Counted from the stretch's first letter, positions 49,322-60,662 are shown. The stretch: 64,000 bases of DNA from a virus (IMGVR_UViG_3300028833_000087:57434-121433), one strand, 5' to 3'. A program made the numbers and translations. The notes: a model not told the origin generated them from the letters alone.

Positions 49322-51085
49322 TTATACAGTCGGCTTAAGACCCTTCGGATTCAAAATCTGGATACGACCCTGAACTTCGAACTGGCTATACATCTTGAAG
49401 CGATCGAAGCTGTGGATTGCAGGCAGGTTCTGATTCTGTGCGTTACGGATCTCGTTGCTGATGTACAGCTGATAATCATACAGTCTGTACATAATACGCT
49501 CAGAACCAACCGGATTCAGGATAACCATCATCTCATTGGTATCACGCATCTTATCAGTACCAACGTAGTTGTATACACGATGATCCTTGGTATCAACAAC
49601 AGTCAGAGTGTAATCCAACTGAACTGCACCCAAGTTACTCGGAGCCTGATATGTCCACTCAGACGGAGTCAGACGACGAATAATACGAGGATCGCCGTAT
49701 ACAGTAACAGTTACGTTCGGATCATTCCATACCTGGAACATACGAGTTACATAATCATCGAAGAAATCGCTGAATACAGCGTTACGATGAGTAACGTAGT
49801 CCAGTGCATAGCCTTCCGGTACAGCGAAATCGAACTCATCATAGAAGGAACGTCTCTCATCCAGACGAGCATAGCTGTCGTTCAGGTAGTTGTAGATCTT
49901 CTTGTCCTTGTATTCAGACAGAGCAGTCTTAGTCATGGACATGATCTTGGTAACCTGGCTAGCATCATACAGAGCAGCGATATCCTTAACTTCTTCCGGG
50001 GATACTGTGGTGTTGATAGCTGTTGCTTCCGGAATCTCTACATAATCAGTATCGAGTTTCCACTTAACGGAGCACTCATCATACATAGCATTAGTAGTAT
50101 TCAACTTAGCTGCCAGCATAACCTTCTTTACATTACCCTTAACTGCAGTCAGAGTAATCTTGTTGTTGTGCATTGCACCAAACAGAGTATCTTCCAGAGT
50201 AGCCAGAGTACCAGCTGCATCTGTCTTATACTGAATGATTACCGGCTTGGAGAATGCTCTCTCAAGACGATTACGATCACCGTAGGTCGGTGTAAACTGG
50301 ATATCTACATGATACCATACGTCTCTTACACCAGCTTCATCAGCAGTTGCAATCTTACCCTTGTTAGAGAACCATCCGTCATCATCCGGCAGACGATCGC
50401 CTTCAGCGAAGTATACACCCTGAACAAAGATACCATTAATATGAGTAGAAGTAGACAGTTCATCCATTGCAGTACCACCAAGAGCACCAACAATATCAGT
50501 TGTCTCATCTTCTGGAACATTGATCTCCATATTTACTGTCGGAGCGGAAGCTTCGATAGTATCAAAGATCTTGTTCTGCTCATAGAACATATCGATTTCC
50601 TTGCCATCAGAAGAAACAAGGATACGACGCTCTACAGATACTGTAAAGCTCGGCTTTGCAGCAGTAACACGCTGGATACCACCACCCTGAGAGAATACGT
50701 TGTTCATAAGGATATACTTATGAATAGGAATAGCCATACCAACCATCGGAGAGTACTCGGACTGATAAGTATTTTCCTGGATTCCCTTAACGTCGTTCTC
50801 GAATAACTGATTATAATCTTCAGTTGCTTCCTCTACATAATTTGCGTCAACATCAGGACGATTGGTGTCAACCAAATCAGCGGTAAAGAACTCACGCAGA
50901 GCCTCAGTTACACCCTGACTACGCAGAGCACGAGTCGGCTCCTGATAGAAATCAAAAGATTCACGATTTAAAATGTTGCTTGCAGCTTCGGTAAAAGCTT
51001 TTGCAAATTGATACATCGGGTCACGTCTGTAAGCAGATGCACCAATGGTACTACGAGCTTGGGAATTATCGCCACCTACTACCAT
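49322..51085 (-). CDS. Probable major capsid protein
   Basis: 587 aa, strongest high-expression codon bias in window, own terminator, in structural cluster; no diagnostic motif recognised. Confidence 0.6.
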   Translation of the reverse strand: MVVGGDNSQARSTIGASAYRRDPMYQFAKAFTEAASNILNRESFDFYQEPTRALRSQGVTEALREFFTADLVDTNRPDVDANYVEEATEDYNQLFENDVKGIQENTYQSEYSPMVGMAIPIHKYILMNNVFSQGGGIQRVTAAKPSFTVSVERRILVSSDGKEIDMFYEQNKIFDTIEASAPTVNMEINVPEDETTDIVGALGGTAMDELSTSTHINGIFVQGVYFAEGDRLPDDDGWFSNKGKIATADEAGVRDVWYHVDIQFTPTYGDRNRLERAFSKPVIIQYKTDAAGTLATLEDTLFGAMHNNKITLTAVKGNVKKVMLAAKLNTTNAMYDECSVKWKLDTDYVEIPEATAINTTVSPEEVKDIAALYDASQVTKIMSMTKTALSEYKDKKIYNYLNDSYARLDERRSFYDEFDFAVPEGYALDYVTHRNAVFSDFFDDYVTRMFQVWNDPNVTVTVYGDPRIIRRLTPSEWTYQAPSNLGAVQLDYTLTVVDTKDHRVYNYVGTDKMRDTNEMMVILNPVGSERIMYRLYDYQLYISNEIRNAQNQNLPAIHSFDRFKMYSQFEVQGRIQILNPKGLKPTV

Positions 51086-51188
51086 TTTTGTTTCCTCCTT
51101 AAAAATATTTTTTTATTTTATCCAAAATAGTTTAAGAATTATATATCCAATAACTACTAGTTACCAGATACCTAATTTTATTCTTATG

Positions 51189-51854
51189 TTATTCATCATC
51201 GTCTTCTATTCCTAATTTTTCACGTCTTTTTTCTACCAATCTATCTACAATTACTCCTATGGAATAGATTATGGATGAAAAACGATTAAAGTATACATCA
51301 TTTTCTACAAATGATTTAGTATTAAAAGTATGAGCCATATAATCTCTTAAATAGATTTTTAATTGATATAACTGAGAAGAAGTTCTGGATATAATTTCAA
51401 GAGTATCTTCTTCCACATCAAGATCATTCATCTTCTTTAAGAGATCATCAGTATAAGTATAAAGATCATTATAGAGTTTCTTTAACTCCATAATCTTTAC
51501 TTGTTGTTCTTCTGCAGTAAGAGTAACAAAGACATCATTATTTTCTGGTAATGGTTCACCTTCTCCATCCATTCCACCACCAGAATCTATAGAAGAATCA
51601 TCACCAGTATCCATATCATCACCACCGGAATCATCTCCTCCTTCATCACCGCCTTCAGAATCATCATCTACAGAAGTATCAATATTAAATTCATCATCCC
51701 CACTATCATCAGTAGCATTATCCGTATTATCATCTGTAGTTCCAGCATCATCTGCTCCAGTATCAGCAGCCTGATCTCCACCATTGATGATATCAGATCC
51801 ATCATCTTCATGAATAATTAAGTCTCTTATATTGAAATCAAATATATTAGCCAT
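51189..51854 (-). CDS. Acidic putative head/scaffold-associated protein
   Basis: Asp/Gly-rich N-terminal half then helical domain; adjacent to probable MCP. Confidence 0.55.
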   Translation of the reverse strand: MANIFDFNIRDLIIHEDDGSDIINGGDQAADTGADDAGTTDDNTDNATDDSGDDEFNIDTSVDDDSEGGDEGGDDSGGDDMDTGDDSSIDSGGGMDGEGEPLPENNDVFVTLTAEEQQVKIMELKKLYNDLYTYTDDLLKKMNDLDVEEDTLEIISRTSSQLYQLKIYLRDYMAHTFNTKSFVENDVYFNRFSSIIYSIGVIVDRLVEKRREKLGIEDDDE

Positions 51855-51865
51855 AATAAACCTCC

Positions 51866-54601
51866 TTAGTCTTCACCATATTTCTTTACTCCAATACTAG
51901 AATTAGGAAGCAAGTCTTTACCAAATTTTGCATTATATCTAATTCTTTGGTATTCTCTTTGGAGTGTTTTCTTTTGTTTCAAAAGAGCTTTATATTTCTT
52001 CATTTGATTTCTACTTTCTGCATTAGATATTTCTTTATCCAATACATTAAGTTCAATTTCAATATCATCAAGAAGTAAAAGTCTTTCTTTCTTAGTTAAA
52101 TGCTTAGACATAGCAAATCCACCGATAGCTGTTATAATAGCAAGTCCAGGATCTACAAATTTAGCAATACCAGCTAATCCAGCAGCAATCTTTAAGCATT
52201 TAGAAAATGAAGGAATAACTGATCCTTTAATAACAGCTTCTCTTCTATCAGATATCATAGCATCTCTCATACCTTTTACAAGTCTTCTTACAGTACTATC
52301 AAGATTTTTAGATAATTCTTTTTCTTTTTGACCTAAATTCTTAGCTTTAGATTCAATACCTTTAAGAACTAATCTGATAGAATTAAGATTAATACCTTTA
52401 AACGGATTTTTCTTTAATTCTTTCTTTTCTTCATCAGATAACTTTTCAGGTTTATCAAAATCTTCATCACCTTTAGTTTTCTTCAGATCAAATTTAAATT
52501 TCTTTTTATCAGATTTATCTTTTTTATCTCTTAAATCTAATGCATCTTCTAATACAGCTTGAAATACCATATAAGCTTCTAACTGAATATCTATAGAAAT
52601 ATTTTCTGTAACAGGTGACCAGTTATTAAAGGAAGTTTTTATTTTAGCACTTTCATTTACAAAATTCATATTATTACCATTTTTCATAAATAAACTAGCA
52701 CTAAACTTTTCAGAAAATAATTCTATATCATCTTTAGATACAGATAAATACTTAAGAGATTCTAATACAGCATTAAAATGATCTAAATCTAAAGCTGAAG
52801 TATCATAAGAAGATAAGGTTTCTTCTATTGGCTCTTCTAAAAACTCTTCTAAACTTTCAAGCGAAGCCATAGTCTCACATAAAGTTTCAATATAAATATC
52901 TAAACCAGGATCATTATATTTATTAATTTCTTCAATATCTGATTCTGATAATATAAGCTCTGTACAATCTTTAATATGAGCTTCTACTATAGAACCATTG
53001 ATAATATAATATGATCTTATAGTATCATATCCTTCTATTAAAAGTCTGCTGTTAAATTCCTTACAGATATTACCAAATAATTCATGTACTTTTTCAATAT
53101 CAGATTCATTGAAACTGTATTGTGCTACAGTAATATCTACTTTATTATCAGCACCAATAAACTCGTAAATAGAAGAATTTTCGTTGAATAATACCTTATT
53201 GACTTTAGTAAGAACTTTCTTTCCCTTTTCTTTAGCATTATTCATCATATCAATGCATTTATTCTTTAAATATTTATCAAGATTAATAGATGCTTTAATT
53301 AAATTATGAAATTTAAAGATCTTGAAATCTTTTATATCTTTCTTTTCTTTATCATCAGCATCTACAAATTCTACAGCTTCCAAATTAGTTTTCGGATAAG
53401 CCATATTTTTAATATCATTTAAAGGATTGATAAGATATTCTGATACTATATTACAAAATTCATCTGCTTGTTCCAGCTTAGATCTTTCTATAGCATCTGC
53501 TTTAATTTCTTCTATTGCAACAGATACAGAATTACAGATATCCATTATAGTATCTCTTCCAATAGAATGATTAATATCATTATAATTCAAACTATTATCA
53601 GAAATATTAGAAGATAATTTTGTATAAATATCTTGTAAATTTTCCATCATTTTATTTGCAAGATATAAACCGCAACTGAATACATTCCAAAGGAATTTAA
53701 TATATCTTTTAATATTATACTGAATATCTACTGGATCATAATAGTCAAGATTTGAATCTTGAGTTGTTTTAAAACTATTTTCATCTTTATCAGGAGTCAA
53801 TAAAAATGTATTAATAGATTCTGTAATAGTATGGCTTTCATTTTTCGATGGAGAAAACAAGAAAGATACAGAATCTATATCAGCTTCTTCAAGGAAATAA
53901 TTTTCCTGAAGAGCTAATTTATAATTATTGATATCTTTAAAAGATAATTGTTGATTACTTAATAAGAAATATTCCGTAATATTTCTAACAAGATCAGATT
54001 TATTTACCTTGTATCCATTTTTATTTATTAAATACATCATTTCTTCAATACATAAATTCAGTTTCTTATAAGAATCCATTTTATATGTATCAATCATTGT
54101 GCAGCAATTTTCTGCTACAGAATTCAATGATGTATATGGAATTTTGGATACTTCTGATTCAATATTAAATCTTTTAGAAATATTTCTATGATTTTTGATC
54201 ACTCTATCCGCTACATTATACATTGTAAGATATTCTTTTATCTCTTTCATATAATCTGCAGGAATATTAGAATGCTCTAAATAAGAATCAACACTGTTTA
54301 AATTCTCCACATAAGGAAGAATTCTTTTACAAAATGTATCAACTCTCTGGTTACTTGAATGAATCTCTAATATATCTAATGCATTATTAAAAGCATTATT
54401 TGCTTCTTCTTTACAGCATAATGCATTAAAATATGAATCGATAATTTTATTCTCAGAAAAAGATAAATCACCTTTACTGATTAATTTTTCTACATGCTGG
54501 TTAAAGAAAGTATCGGAACAAATAGTAGATTCACAAGGTGAATCTAGACAGCTAGATCTTTTAACTATAATTGAATAAGGAATAACTTTATCAGCCATCA
54601 T
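51866..54601 (-). CDS. Large putative virion protein
   Basis: 911 aa, C-terminal hydrophobic hairpin plus coiled coil. Confidence 0.65.
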   Translation of the reverse strand: MMADKVIPYSIIVKRSSCLDSPCESTICSDTFFNQHVEKLISKGDLSFSENKIIDSYFNALCCKEEANNAFNNALDILEIHSSNQRVDTFCKRILPYVENLNSVDSYLEHSNIPADYMKEIKEYLTMYNVADRVIKNHRNISKRFNIESEVSKIPYTSLNSVAENCCTMIDTYKMDSYKKLNLCIEEMMYLINKNGYKVNKSDLVRNITEYFLLSNQQLSFKDINNYKLALQENYFLEEADIDSVSFLFSPSKNESHTITESINTFLLTPDKDENSFKTTQDSNLDYYDPVDIQYNIKRYIKFLWNVFSCGLYLANKMMENLQDIYTKLSSNISDNSLNYNDINHSIGRDTIMDICNSVSVAIEEIKADAIERSKLEQADEFCNIVSEYLINPLNDIKNMAYPKTNLEAVEFVDADDKEKKDIKDFKIFKFHNLIKASINLDKYLKNKCIDMMNNAKEKGKKVLTKVNKVLFNENSSIYEFIGADNKVDITVAQYSFNESDIEKVHELFGNICKEFNSRLLIEGYDTIRSYYIINGSIVEAHIKDCTELILSESDIEEINKYNDPGLDIYIETLCETMASLESLEEFLEEPIEETLSSYDTSALDLDHFNAVLESLKYLSVSKDDIELFSEKFSASLFMKNGNNMNFVNESAKIKTSFNNWSPVTENISIDIQLEAYMVFQAVLEDALDLRDKKDKSDKKKFKFDLKKTKGDEDFDKPEKLSDEEKKELKKNPFKGINLNSIRLVLKGIESKAKNLGQKEKELSKNLDSTVRRLVKGMRDAMISDRREAVIKGSVIPSFSKCLKIAAGLAGIAKFVDPGLAIITAIGGFAMSKHLTKKERLLLLDDIEIELNVLDKEISNAESRNQMKKYKALLKQKKTLQREYQRIRYNAKFGKDLLPNSSIGVKKYGED

Positions 54602-54695
54602 AAACCTCCTTTAAATGCTAGAATTATAGTAGTGTTCTGCTAATCAAAATACTGTAAAACAATAGTGGTAGGCTTTAAAGCCTACCACTAATTGA

Positions 54696-54998
54696 TTAAC
54701 TTAAATAAATTGATACTTCAGAATCAGTTAGGGGTTTAACTGCTACTGATATTGGTCGTTGATAAATATAAATACAACCACCCAATCCAGATATAGCAGT
54801 TAAAGCCGAATCTCTATTTCCCTTATTCTTAAATTTTACAGCAAAGGATAAAGATGTTGGACCGCTCTCGAGTACTGTAACTTTTCCTTGATCTTCTACT
54901 AAAGCTTTTAATGCAATAAAATGATCAAAGAAATTAGCTAGCATATCAGGATATTGGATACCTTGAACTGATTCCAAAAAGTTAACTCTATCTATCAT
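54696..54998 (-). CDS. Hypothetical protein
   Basis: AGGAGG SD before ATG 54998. Confidence 0.7.
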   Translation of the reverse strand: MIDRVNFLESVQGIQYPDMLANFFDHFIALKALVEDQGKVTVLESGPTSLSFAVKFKNKGNRDSALTAISGLGGCIYIYQRPISVAVKPLTDSEVSIYLS

Positions 54999-55164
54999 CG
55001 TCAACCTCCTGCTAGTTCTTCAAGTTGATTTTGCATCTCCATTGCTTCTCTTTCAGGTTTACTTGTATCTTTATACATTTTAAAGATAGCATGCACAAAA
55101 GAATTCGGCATGCTATCTAAATCCATAAATGAAACTGTACCTTTAAGGAATCTGGATAATACAA

Positions 55165-57090
55165 CTAATTTATTGATGTACTCGTAAGTGCTCCCAACTG
55201 ATAACGGGTAAAAACCAACTCTTCTGCAGAAATGGTTTGCTCATCAATAGTAGATCCACAGCTAGGACAATTAGTTTCCGGAATAATATAATGGAAACCG
55301 ATCTTAGATCTCTTAGAGATCAATGCATTTACATAAGCTTTAATAGGTCCAAACTGATCAATAGTAAGAGTCTCTAAAGCCTTGTTAAGCATAACAATCT
55401 TAGACATAGTTGTCTTTCTCGGATTATCTGCATAAATCTTGTGACCAATCGGAACAAGTTCTCTCTTTTCCTGATCGATAAGATACACACAATCGATATA
55501 CGGGAAGTAATCCAAAATATTAGCAAACTTGCTCTTAAATTTACTATCAAGAGAAGCAATTTCAAATAAACTATAGATGGTAGCTTCTTTAAATCCAACT
55601 GCAATCTTATCAGACAAAGGAACTACTTCTGTAGTATACAGTTTACCAGCTTTCTCATTAGTAGACTTATAAAGATCAGTAAACTTTTCTTTAGCTTCCT
55701 CATTATCAAATTTAACCATTGCTAATACAGGAATATTATCTGTCAAATGCATCTTATTCTTGCAATCTTTATTATCGCAAGTAATCGGAATAAAGTTTGT
55801 TCCATAGAAAGATGCAATAAATGCACAGAAGAAATAGTGATCTACATCTGCATACGGAGTAGTCTTGCACCATACTTCAAAAGAATCCGGCTTAGCAGAT
55901 ACAATATGATCATAAATCATCTTATATCTTGTATTAAGCTTGTAGAAATTATCATTAGAATCCGAATTCATTCTAAGAGTTTCTAATTCAGATCCCAAGA
56001 ATTCTTTCATTCTAACAATAGCATTCTGCTCAGGAAGTACCCAAGAAGCAACTTTAACATTTGTTGATTCAGTGCTCTTTAATGCCTTAAGATTAGCTGT
56101 CGGTTTCTTAGCTCTAGTAAAGCTTCTAATATCAAGAACTTTAGAAACAGGTTTCATCTTCTCTGTAGCTAATTTCTGAAGTTCCTTAAGAACATCTTCT
56201 TCACTTTCTTCAATCTCAGATTCATCTTCATCCGCTACATCGATTTCTTCACCTTCATCATTAAGCTGTTTAAATTCAGTAACAGCCATATCCATTTCAA
56301 TATCGATTTCATCCTCAGACATAATTACAGATGCATCTTTTTTAACTTCTTTCTTCTTTGGTTTCTCTTCTTCTTTTCCTTCATTTTCAATGCTATCTAA
56401 TTCAGCATCCATATCAACATCGTCGATATTTAATTCTTTCTTTTCATTCTCTTCAACAACTTCTTTTGTAAGATCTTTTACATTATCTACATTGGGAGAA
56501 TGAACTGCAAAATTCATCTTCGGTTCTTCCTGTACTACTTCTTTAGTTTCTTCCATAATTTCCTCTTCCTCTTCATTATCATTTTCATCTAAAGAAAAAT
56601 CTTCTTTAGATTCTTTAATATCATCTAAATCAAGATCAATATTATCAAAATTAGTGGCGTCTTCTACACTAATACCTTCTTTATTGAAATCTTCTTCATT
56701 TACTAAAGTTTCAACACCGATCTCAGCAGTTTCGCCATCTTCATCTTCATATACATTTCCTTCATCATCAATAAACTGGTTCTCTGCTAATTTATCATGT
56801 TCATCTATCTTTTTGATGAATTTATCCATCTCCTTCTCTTTTCTTTCAATATATTTAGACATAGGAGAATCCGGATTATCTAAATTCAAAATATCATCCT
56901 GAAGAGATTTCTTATAAGTAATATTTGGTTCTTCTTTCTTAGGTTTCATATCAGAAAGATCTATTACTATTCTTTCTCTTTCAGTTTCCATTCCACCTGC
57001 ATCTTTTTTAATGTTTTTCAGATCTGTAGGTCTTACTACAGATACTCTAACAGGGGATGCATTCTTTTTTAAATCATCAATGTTTGCCAT
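55165..57090 (-). CDS. Baseplate hub / tail assembly chaperone-like protein (T4 gp26-like) with acidic N-terminus
   Basis: CDNKDC and CPSCG zinc motifs; possible -1 frameshift extension to 55001. Confidence 0.6.
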   Translation of the reverse strand: MANIDDLKKNASPVRVSVVRPTDLKNIKKDAGGMETERERIVIDLSDMKPKKEEPNITYKKSLQDDILNLDNPDSPMSKYIERKEKEMDKFIKKIDEHDKLAENQFIDDEGNVYEDEDGETAEIGVETLVNEEDFNKEGISVEDATNFDNIDLDLDDIKESKEDFSLDENDNEEEEEIMEETKEVVQEEPKMNFAVHSPNVDNVKDLTKEVVEENEKKELNIDDVDMDAELDSIENEGKEEEKPKKKEVKKDASVIMSEDEIDIEMDMAVTEFKQLNDEGEEIDVADEDESEIEESEEDVLKELQKLATEKMKPVSKVLDIRSFTRAKKPTANLKALKSTESTNVKVASWVLPEQNAIVRMKEFLGSELETLRMNSDSNDNFYKLNTRYKMIYDHIVSAKPDSFEVWCKTTPYADVDHYFFCAFIASFYGTNFIPITCDNKDCKNKMHLTDNIPVLAMVKFDNEEAKEKFTDLYKSTNEKAGKLYTTEVVPLSDKIAVGFKEATIYSLFEIASLDSKFKSKFANILDYFPYIDCVYLIDQEKRELVPIGHKIYADNPRKTTMSKIVMLNKALETLTIDQFGPIKAYVNALISKRSKIGFHYIIPETNCPSCGSTIDEQTISAEELVFTRYQLGALTSTSIN

Positions 57091-57106
57091 TATATTTTAA
57101 ACCTCC

Positions 57107-57499
57107 TTAATTATTTTCAACGTCTGATAAATTTGTATAAGGGCTAGTATTATCTGGTTCAGCTTTAAATACATATATTTCTCCGGTAGGAGTAGCAATT
57201 TCAATATTTAATACTTTATCAGGAGTAAGTATTAAATCTACAGCAAGATCATTATCAAAATCAGGTAAATATATAGATTTTTGTCTAATTATTTCTTGTT
57301 TTAGCTCTTCAAGTCTATCAACAGTATATCTAAAATTAGATCTTATTCCTATTCCCATTTCAGGATGAAGTGGATTTGATCCAGGTTCCATTAAAATTAA
57401 TCTAGCTAATAAAAAAGCTTCTGCTAAAGCACCATCAATAACAGTTGGTTGATTAAAAGTATCATACGATAATAAGTATTCTCTTTTTTCTACAGCCAT
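57107..57499 (-). CDS. Baseplate wedge gp25-like protein
   Basis: LILMEPGSNPLHPEMGIGI resembles gp25/GPW motif. Confidence 0.6.
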   Translation of the reverse strand: MAVEKREYLLSYDTFNQPTVIDGALAEAFLLARLILMEPGSNPLHPEMGIGIRSNFRYTVDRLEELKQEIIRQKSIYLPDFDNDLAVDLILTPDKVLNIEIATPTGEIYVFKAEPDNTSPYTNLSDVENN

Positions 57500-57612
57500 T
57501 ATATTACCCTCCTTTGGAGATTATTAGTTTGTATATATTATTAAAAATTACTAAATTGTAAATTGAATTTCACTTATACATAATATTTATATTATTAGGA
57601 GGGTTATAAATA

Positions 57613-59358
57613 ATGGATGCTTATTATGTAATCGATATTACAGATAATCTTACAGATCTTATCAATGACTACAATAAGTGGGCTATGCTTACTTTTGATT
57701 TCAGAAAACGTGGGGATGAAGAATGTATCAGAAGACATAATTGTACTAATACTGATTTATTTAATAGATTAAGATCTGCTATTATAGCAAAAAACTCTGA
57801 ATTACCTGAAGGCACTGTAGAAGATATTGAATTAAAAGAATCTGTAAATAATTTAGAAAGTAATGATTTTGCTGAAAAAGTAGCAATGTCTAGAGCTGTT
57901 AATAATGGTAATAGTATTTGTATTTTAATTCCTGGTGAATATAAAACAGCTGGCGAATTAACAATGGCATATATGAGATATGTAAATCTTCCTGATAATC
58001 TTAAGAGACAATCAGATTCTTATTCTTTATCTATATGGGGATTATCTGTATATAATATGTATAATCAGATTACAGCTTCTATAGAACCTGCATCATATAC
58101 TCCATTGTATGTAGATGAATCTTATTGGGAATTCTGTGTAGAAAGTAATATAGAAAAGAATGGTATAATTCAAAATGTATTATTTGATCTTGACAGTTGT
58201 GATGATAATATTATTGGTGATGAAAAAGATAAGTATGATGAATGTAAGGCTAATTTAAGAAGAACTCCTAAAGATTTTGAATCTGTAATGAATGATTTTG
58301 TACCTTACTTTACTCCTGATGAATTATCTGAATATGAATCTGATCTTTTATTTAATGAAGCTAGTATAGCTAATTATAAGAAATTAATTACCGGATTAAT
58401 GAAAGATTATGATAAGATTAAGGAAAGAAAATCGGAATTAAAGAGTAAATTAGAGAGTACTATATTAAGTTTAGGATGGAATCCGGAAGTTCCTATTACA
58501 GAGAAATCTATTGCTTATGCTAAAGAAAGACAAGCTAAGTATTATGAAAATTATACCAGACCTCGTATTATAGATATATCTCATTTAGGAGAATCTATTA
58601 CTGAATCTACTATAGGTATGAGAAGAGAATATAATAATCATGGATTATATCCTATATATATTGTATTATCTTATAATGGTACTATATTTAATAATCTTGT
58701 AAAGCTTACGCAAGGTTCTACTTATACTCATGCAGGTTTAGCATTAGATTCTGATCTTAAAAAGATATATACTTTTACTAATAATAAGTATTATCAAGGA
58801 TTTGGATATGATGATCTTGATATGTATAATGCTACAGCCGGTGATAAAGGATTATTAAGTGTATATACTATATTTGTAAAGAAAGAAACTTTAAATACTA
58901 TAAATAATGTATTAGATGATTTTGTAAAGAATAAAGCTCAGACTAAATATGGTACATTAAATCTTATTAATATATTATTTAATAGAGCTAAAGCTGATAA
59001 TCTTCAAGCAAAAGAATTAGTATGTAGTCAGTTTGTAGATTTAGTATTAAAATTATCTAATATTAATCTTACAGGAAAAGCTAATAATCTTGTAATACCT
59101 GAAGATTTCAGATCTAAAGCTAATCCTAAAGTATATAAAGTATACGAAGGGCCTACTAAAGTATATAAAGATAAAACTATTGAAAAGAATATTAGAACTT
59201 TATTTAGAGATTATTCTGATACAGCTTTAAAATATTCTAATTTAGTAGAAGGATCATATGAAGGATTAGATATACTTGATTATATGACAGAAAATATTAA
59301 AGCTAATGAAGTTATTAAGTACTATAGAGAATTACTTACACCTGAAGCATTAGTATAA
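57613..59358 (+). CDS. Protein with permuted papain-like (NlpC/P60, YiiX-like) domain
   Basis: YTHAGL...YG...LVCSQFV. Confidence 0.7.
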   Translation: MDAYYVIDITDNLTDLINDYNKWAMLTFDFRKRGDEECIRRHNCTNTDLFNRLRSAIIAKNSELPEGTVEDIELKESVNNLESNDFAEKVAMSRAVNNGNSICILIPGEYKTAGELTMAYMRYVNLPDNLKRQSDSYSLSIWGLSVYNMYNQITASIEPASYTPLYVDESYWEFCVESNIEKNGIIQNVLFDLDSCDDNIIGDEKDKYDECKANLRRTPKDFESVMNDFVPYFTPDELSEYESDLLFNEASIANYKKLITGLMKDYDKIKERKSELKSKLESTILSLGWNPEVPITEKSIAYAKERQAKYYENYTRPRIIDISHLGESITESTIGMRREYNNHGLYPIYIVLSYNGTIFNNLVKLTQGSTYTHAGLALDSDLKKIYTFTNNKYYQGFGYDDLDMYNATAGDKGLLSVYTIFVKKETLNTINNVLDDFVKNKAQTKYGTLNLINILFNRAKADNLQAKELVCSQFVDLVLKLSNINLTGKANNLVIPEDFRSKANPKVYKVYEGPTKVYKDKTIEKNIRTLFRDYSDTALKYSNLVEGSYEGLDILDYMTENIKANEVIKYYRELLTPEALV

Positions 59359-59393
59359 AATATCCGGCTAGGGATTTCCCTAGCCGGTATTAT

Positions 59394-60662
59394 TTATTTT
59401 TTAATTATCTTTTTAGATTCTTTAAATTGTTTAATTTTTCTTACACTAATTTCCATATCTTCTATGGTTCTTTCTAATTTTTTCATATTAGCTAAAGCAT
59501 TAATCTTTAATACATTAGGATTTTGTTCTCCTTCTTTCTTAGCTTTAGCTATTTTATTAAGATCTATTAAACACTGAATAGAAATTCTTACATATCCTAT
59601 TATATGAATATTAATATTAATTTCTATTTGAGATATTAATTCACCTAATATAGATTGTTCTATAGAAGTAAATACTGATTTAAAGTTTATATTTTCTCCT
59701 CTAGCAGCTGCTAATGCTACACCGGATACAGATTGTACTGTAACTCTAGCTATACCCATACTAATCATAAGAGAAGTAGCACCAGATACTAAAGTTTTAA
59801 AATTACTAATCAAAGATGAAATTAAAAATCCCAAAATAGATTCAAAAACATTTGAATCTAAAGCTTCTAATCTTCTCCTTGCGGCAGATAATGATCTTTT
59901 GCATTTGCTTAATTCTTTTAAACATAAATCATATTCTTCTTTTTTAAGATATCTATTAGCTTCTCTAAGATATCCTGTATATTCTTTCAAAGAATATAAA
60001 TATTCTTCTATAATTTCTTTATTAGCACCCTCAATAATAGGTTCTGAATAATAAGCTCCACCAATTAAAATCTGCTCCATTATAGTTTTATTCTGATTAG
60101 CTTCTATATAGAATCCAGGATATACTTCTGACTGTTTATATTCTTTTAAAGTCTTAAGATTATACCAATTACCATTATTATTTGGAATCATATAATTTTG
60201 GTATATAGAAGATTCTACCATAGAAGGAATAACCGATTCATCTATTTCACAAATTACTTTCTTAGAGAATTGTAATTGATCCCAAGTATATAATGTCTCT
60301 TCAAATACAGATGAATATAAATCTCTTTTAGAGATTTCTTTTCTCATATATTTACATAATTTATTATTTATTTCTGCTCTTGGGATGCTTAAAGCAAATA
60401 TTCTAGAAGAATCTAATATATTTTTATCTATATTATCTTTATAAGTGCTTTCTAAGTATCCAGCATTATTTACAAATACTATATTATGAAGACCAACATC
60501 ATCTGCTATACCAAAAAACGTATTATCCTCATCTGCAAATACATTATTCATGCTTGTATTTAATATAGCATATGAATCACAGTCTTTAAATCCAGGAAAA
60601 TATCCAGAAGTTAAAGCATTCATTATTTCATTTAAAGTCATAGGTTCATCTAATATACTCAT
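59394..60662 (-). CDS. Hypothetical (putative virion) protein
   Basis: 422 aa, SD, hydrophobic C-terminal region. Confidence 0.7.
   Translation of the reverse strand: MSILDEPMTLNEIMNALTSGYFPGFKDCDSYAILNTSMNNVFADEDNTFFGIADDVGLHNIVFVNNAGYLESTYKDNIDKNILDSSRIFALSIPRAEINNKLCKYMRKEISKRDLYSSVFEETLYTWDQLQFSKKVICEIDESVIPSMVESSIYQNYMIPNNNGNWYNLKTLKEYKQSEVYPGFYIEANQNKTIMEQILIGGAYYSEPIIEGANKEIIEEYLYSLKEYTGYLREANRYLKKEEYDLCLKELSKCKRSLSAARRRLEALDSNVFESILGFLISSLISNFKTLVSGATSLMISMGIARVTVQSVSGVALAAARGENINFKSVFTSIEQSILGELISQIEININIHIIGYVRISIQCLIDLNKIAKAKKEGEQNPNVLKINALANMKKLERTIEDMEISVRKIKQFKESKKIIKK

Noticed and set aside
49286-50806. 506-aa plus-strand ORF antisense to the probable capsid gene
   Set aside because: Starts inside a terminator with no SD; explained by avoidance of TTA/CTA/TCA codons in a highly expressed gene
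59242-59256. TTAGTAGAAGGATCA as a self-target of the first array 2 unit (ATA GTA GAA GGA CCA)
   Set aside because: Two mismatches in informative positions and expected by chance in 64 kb; needs a systematic gapped search
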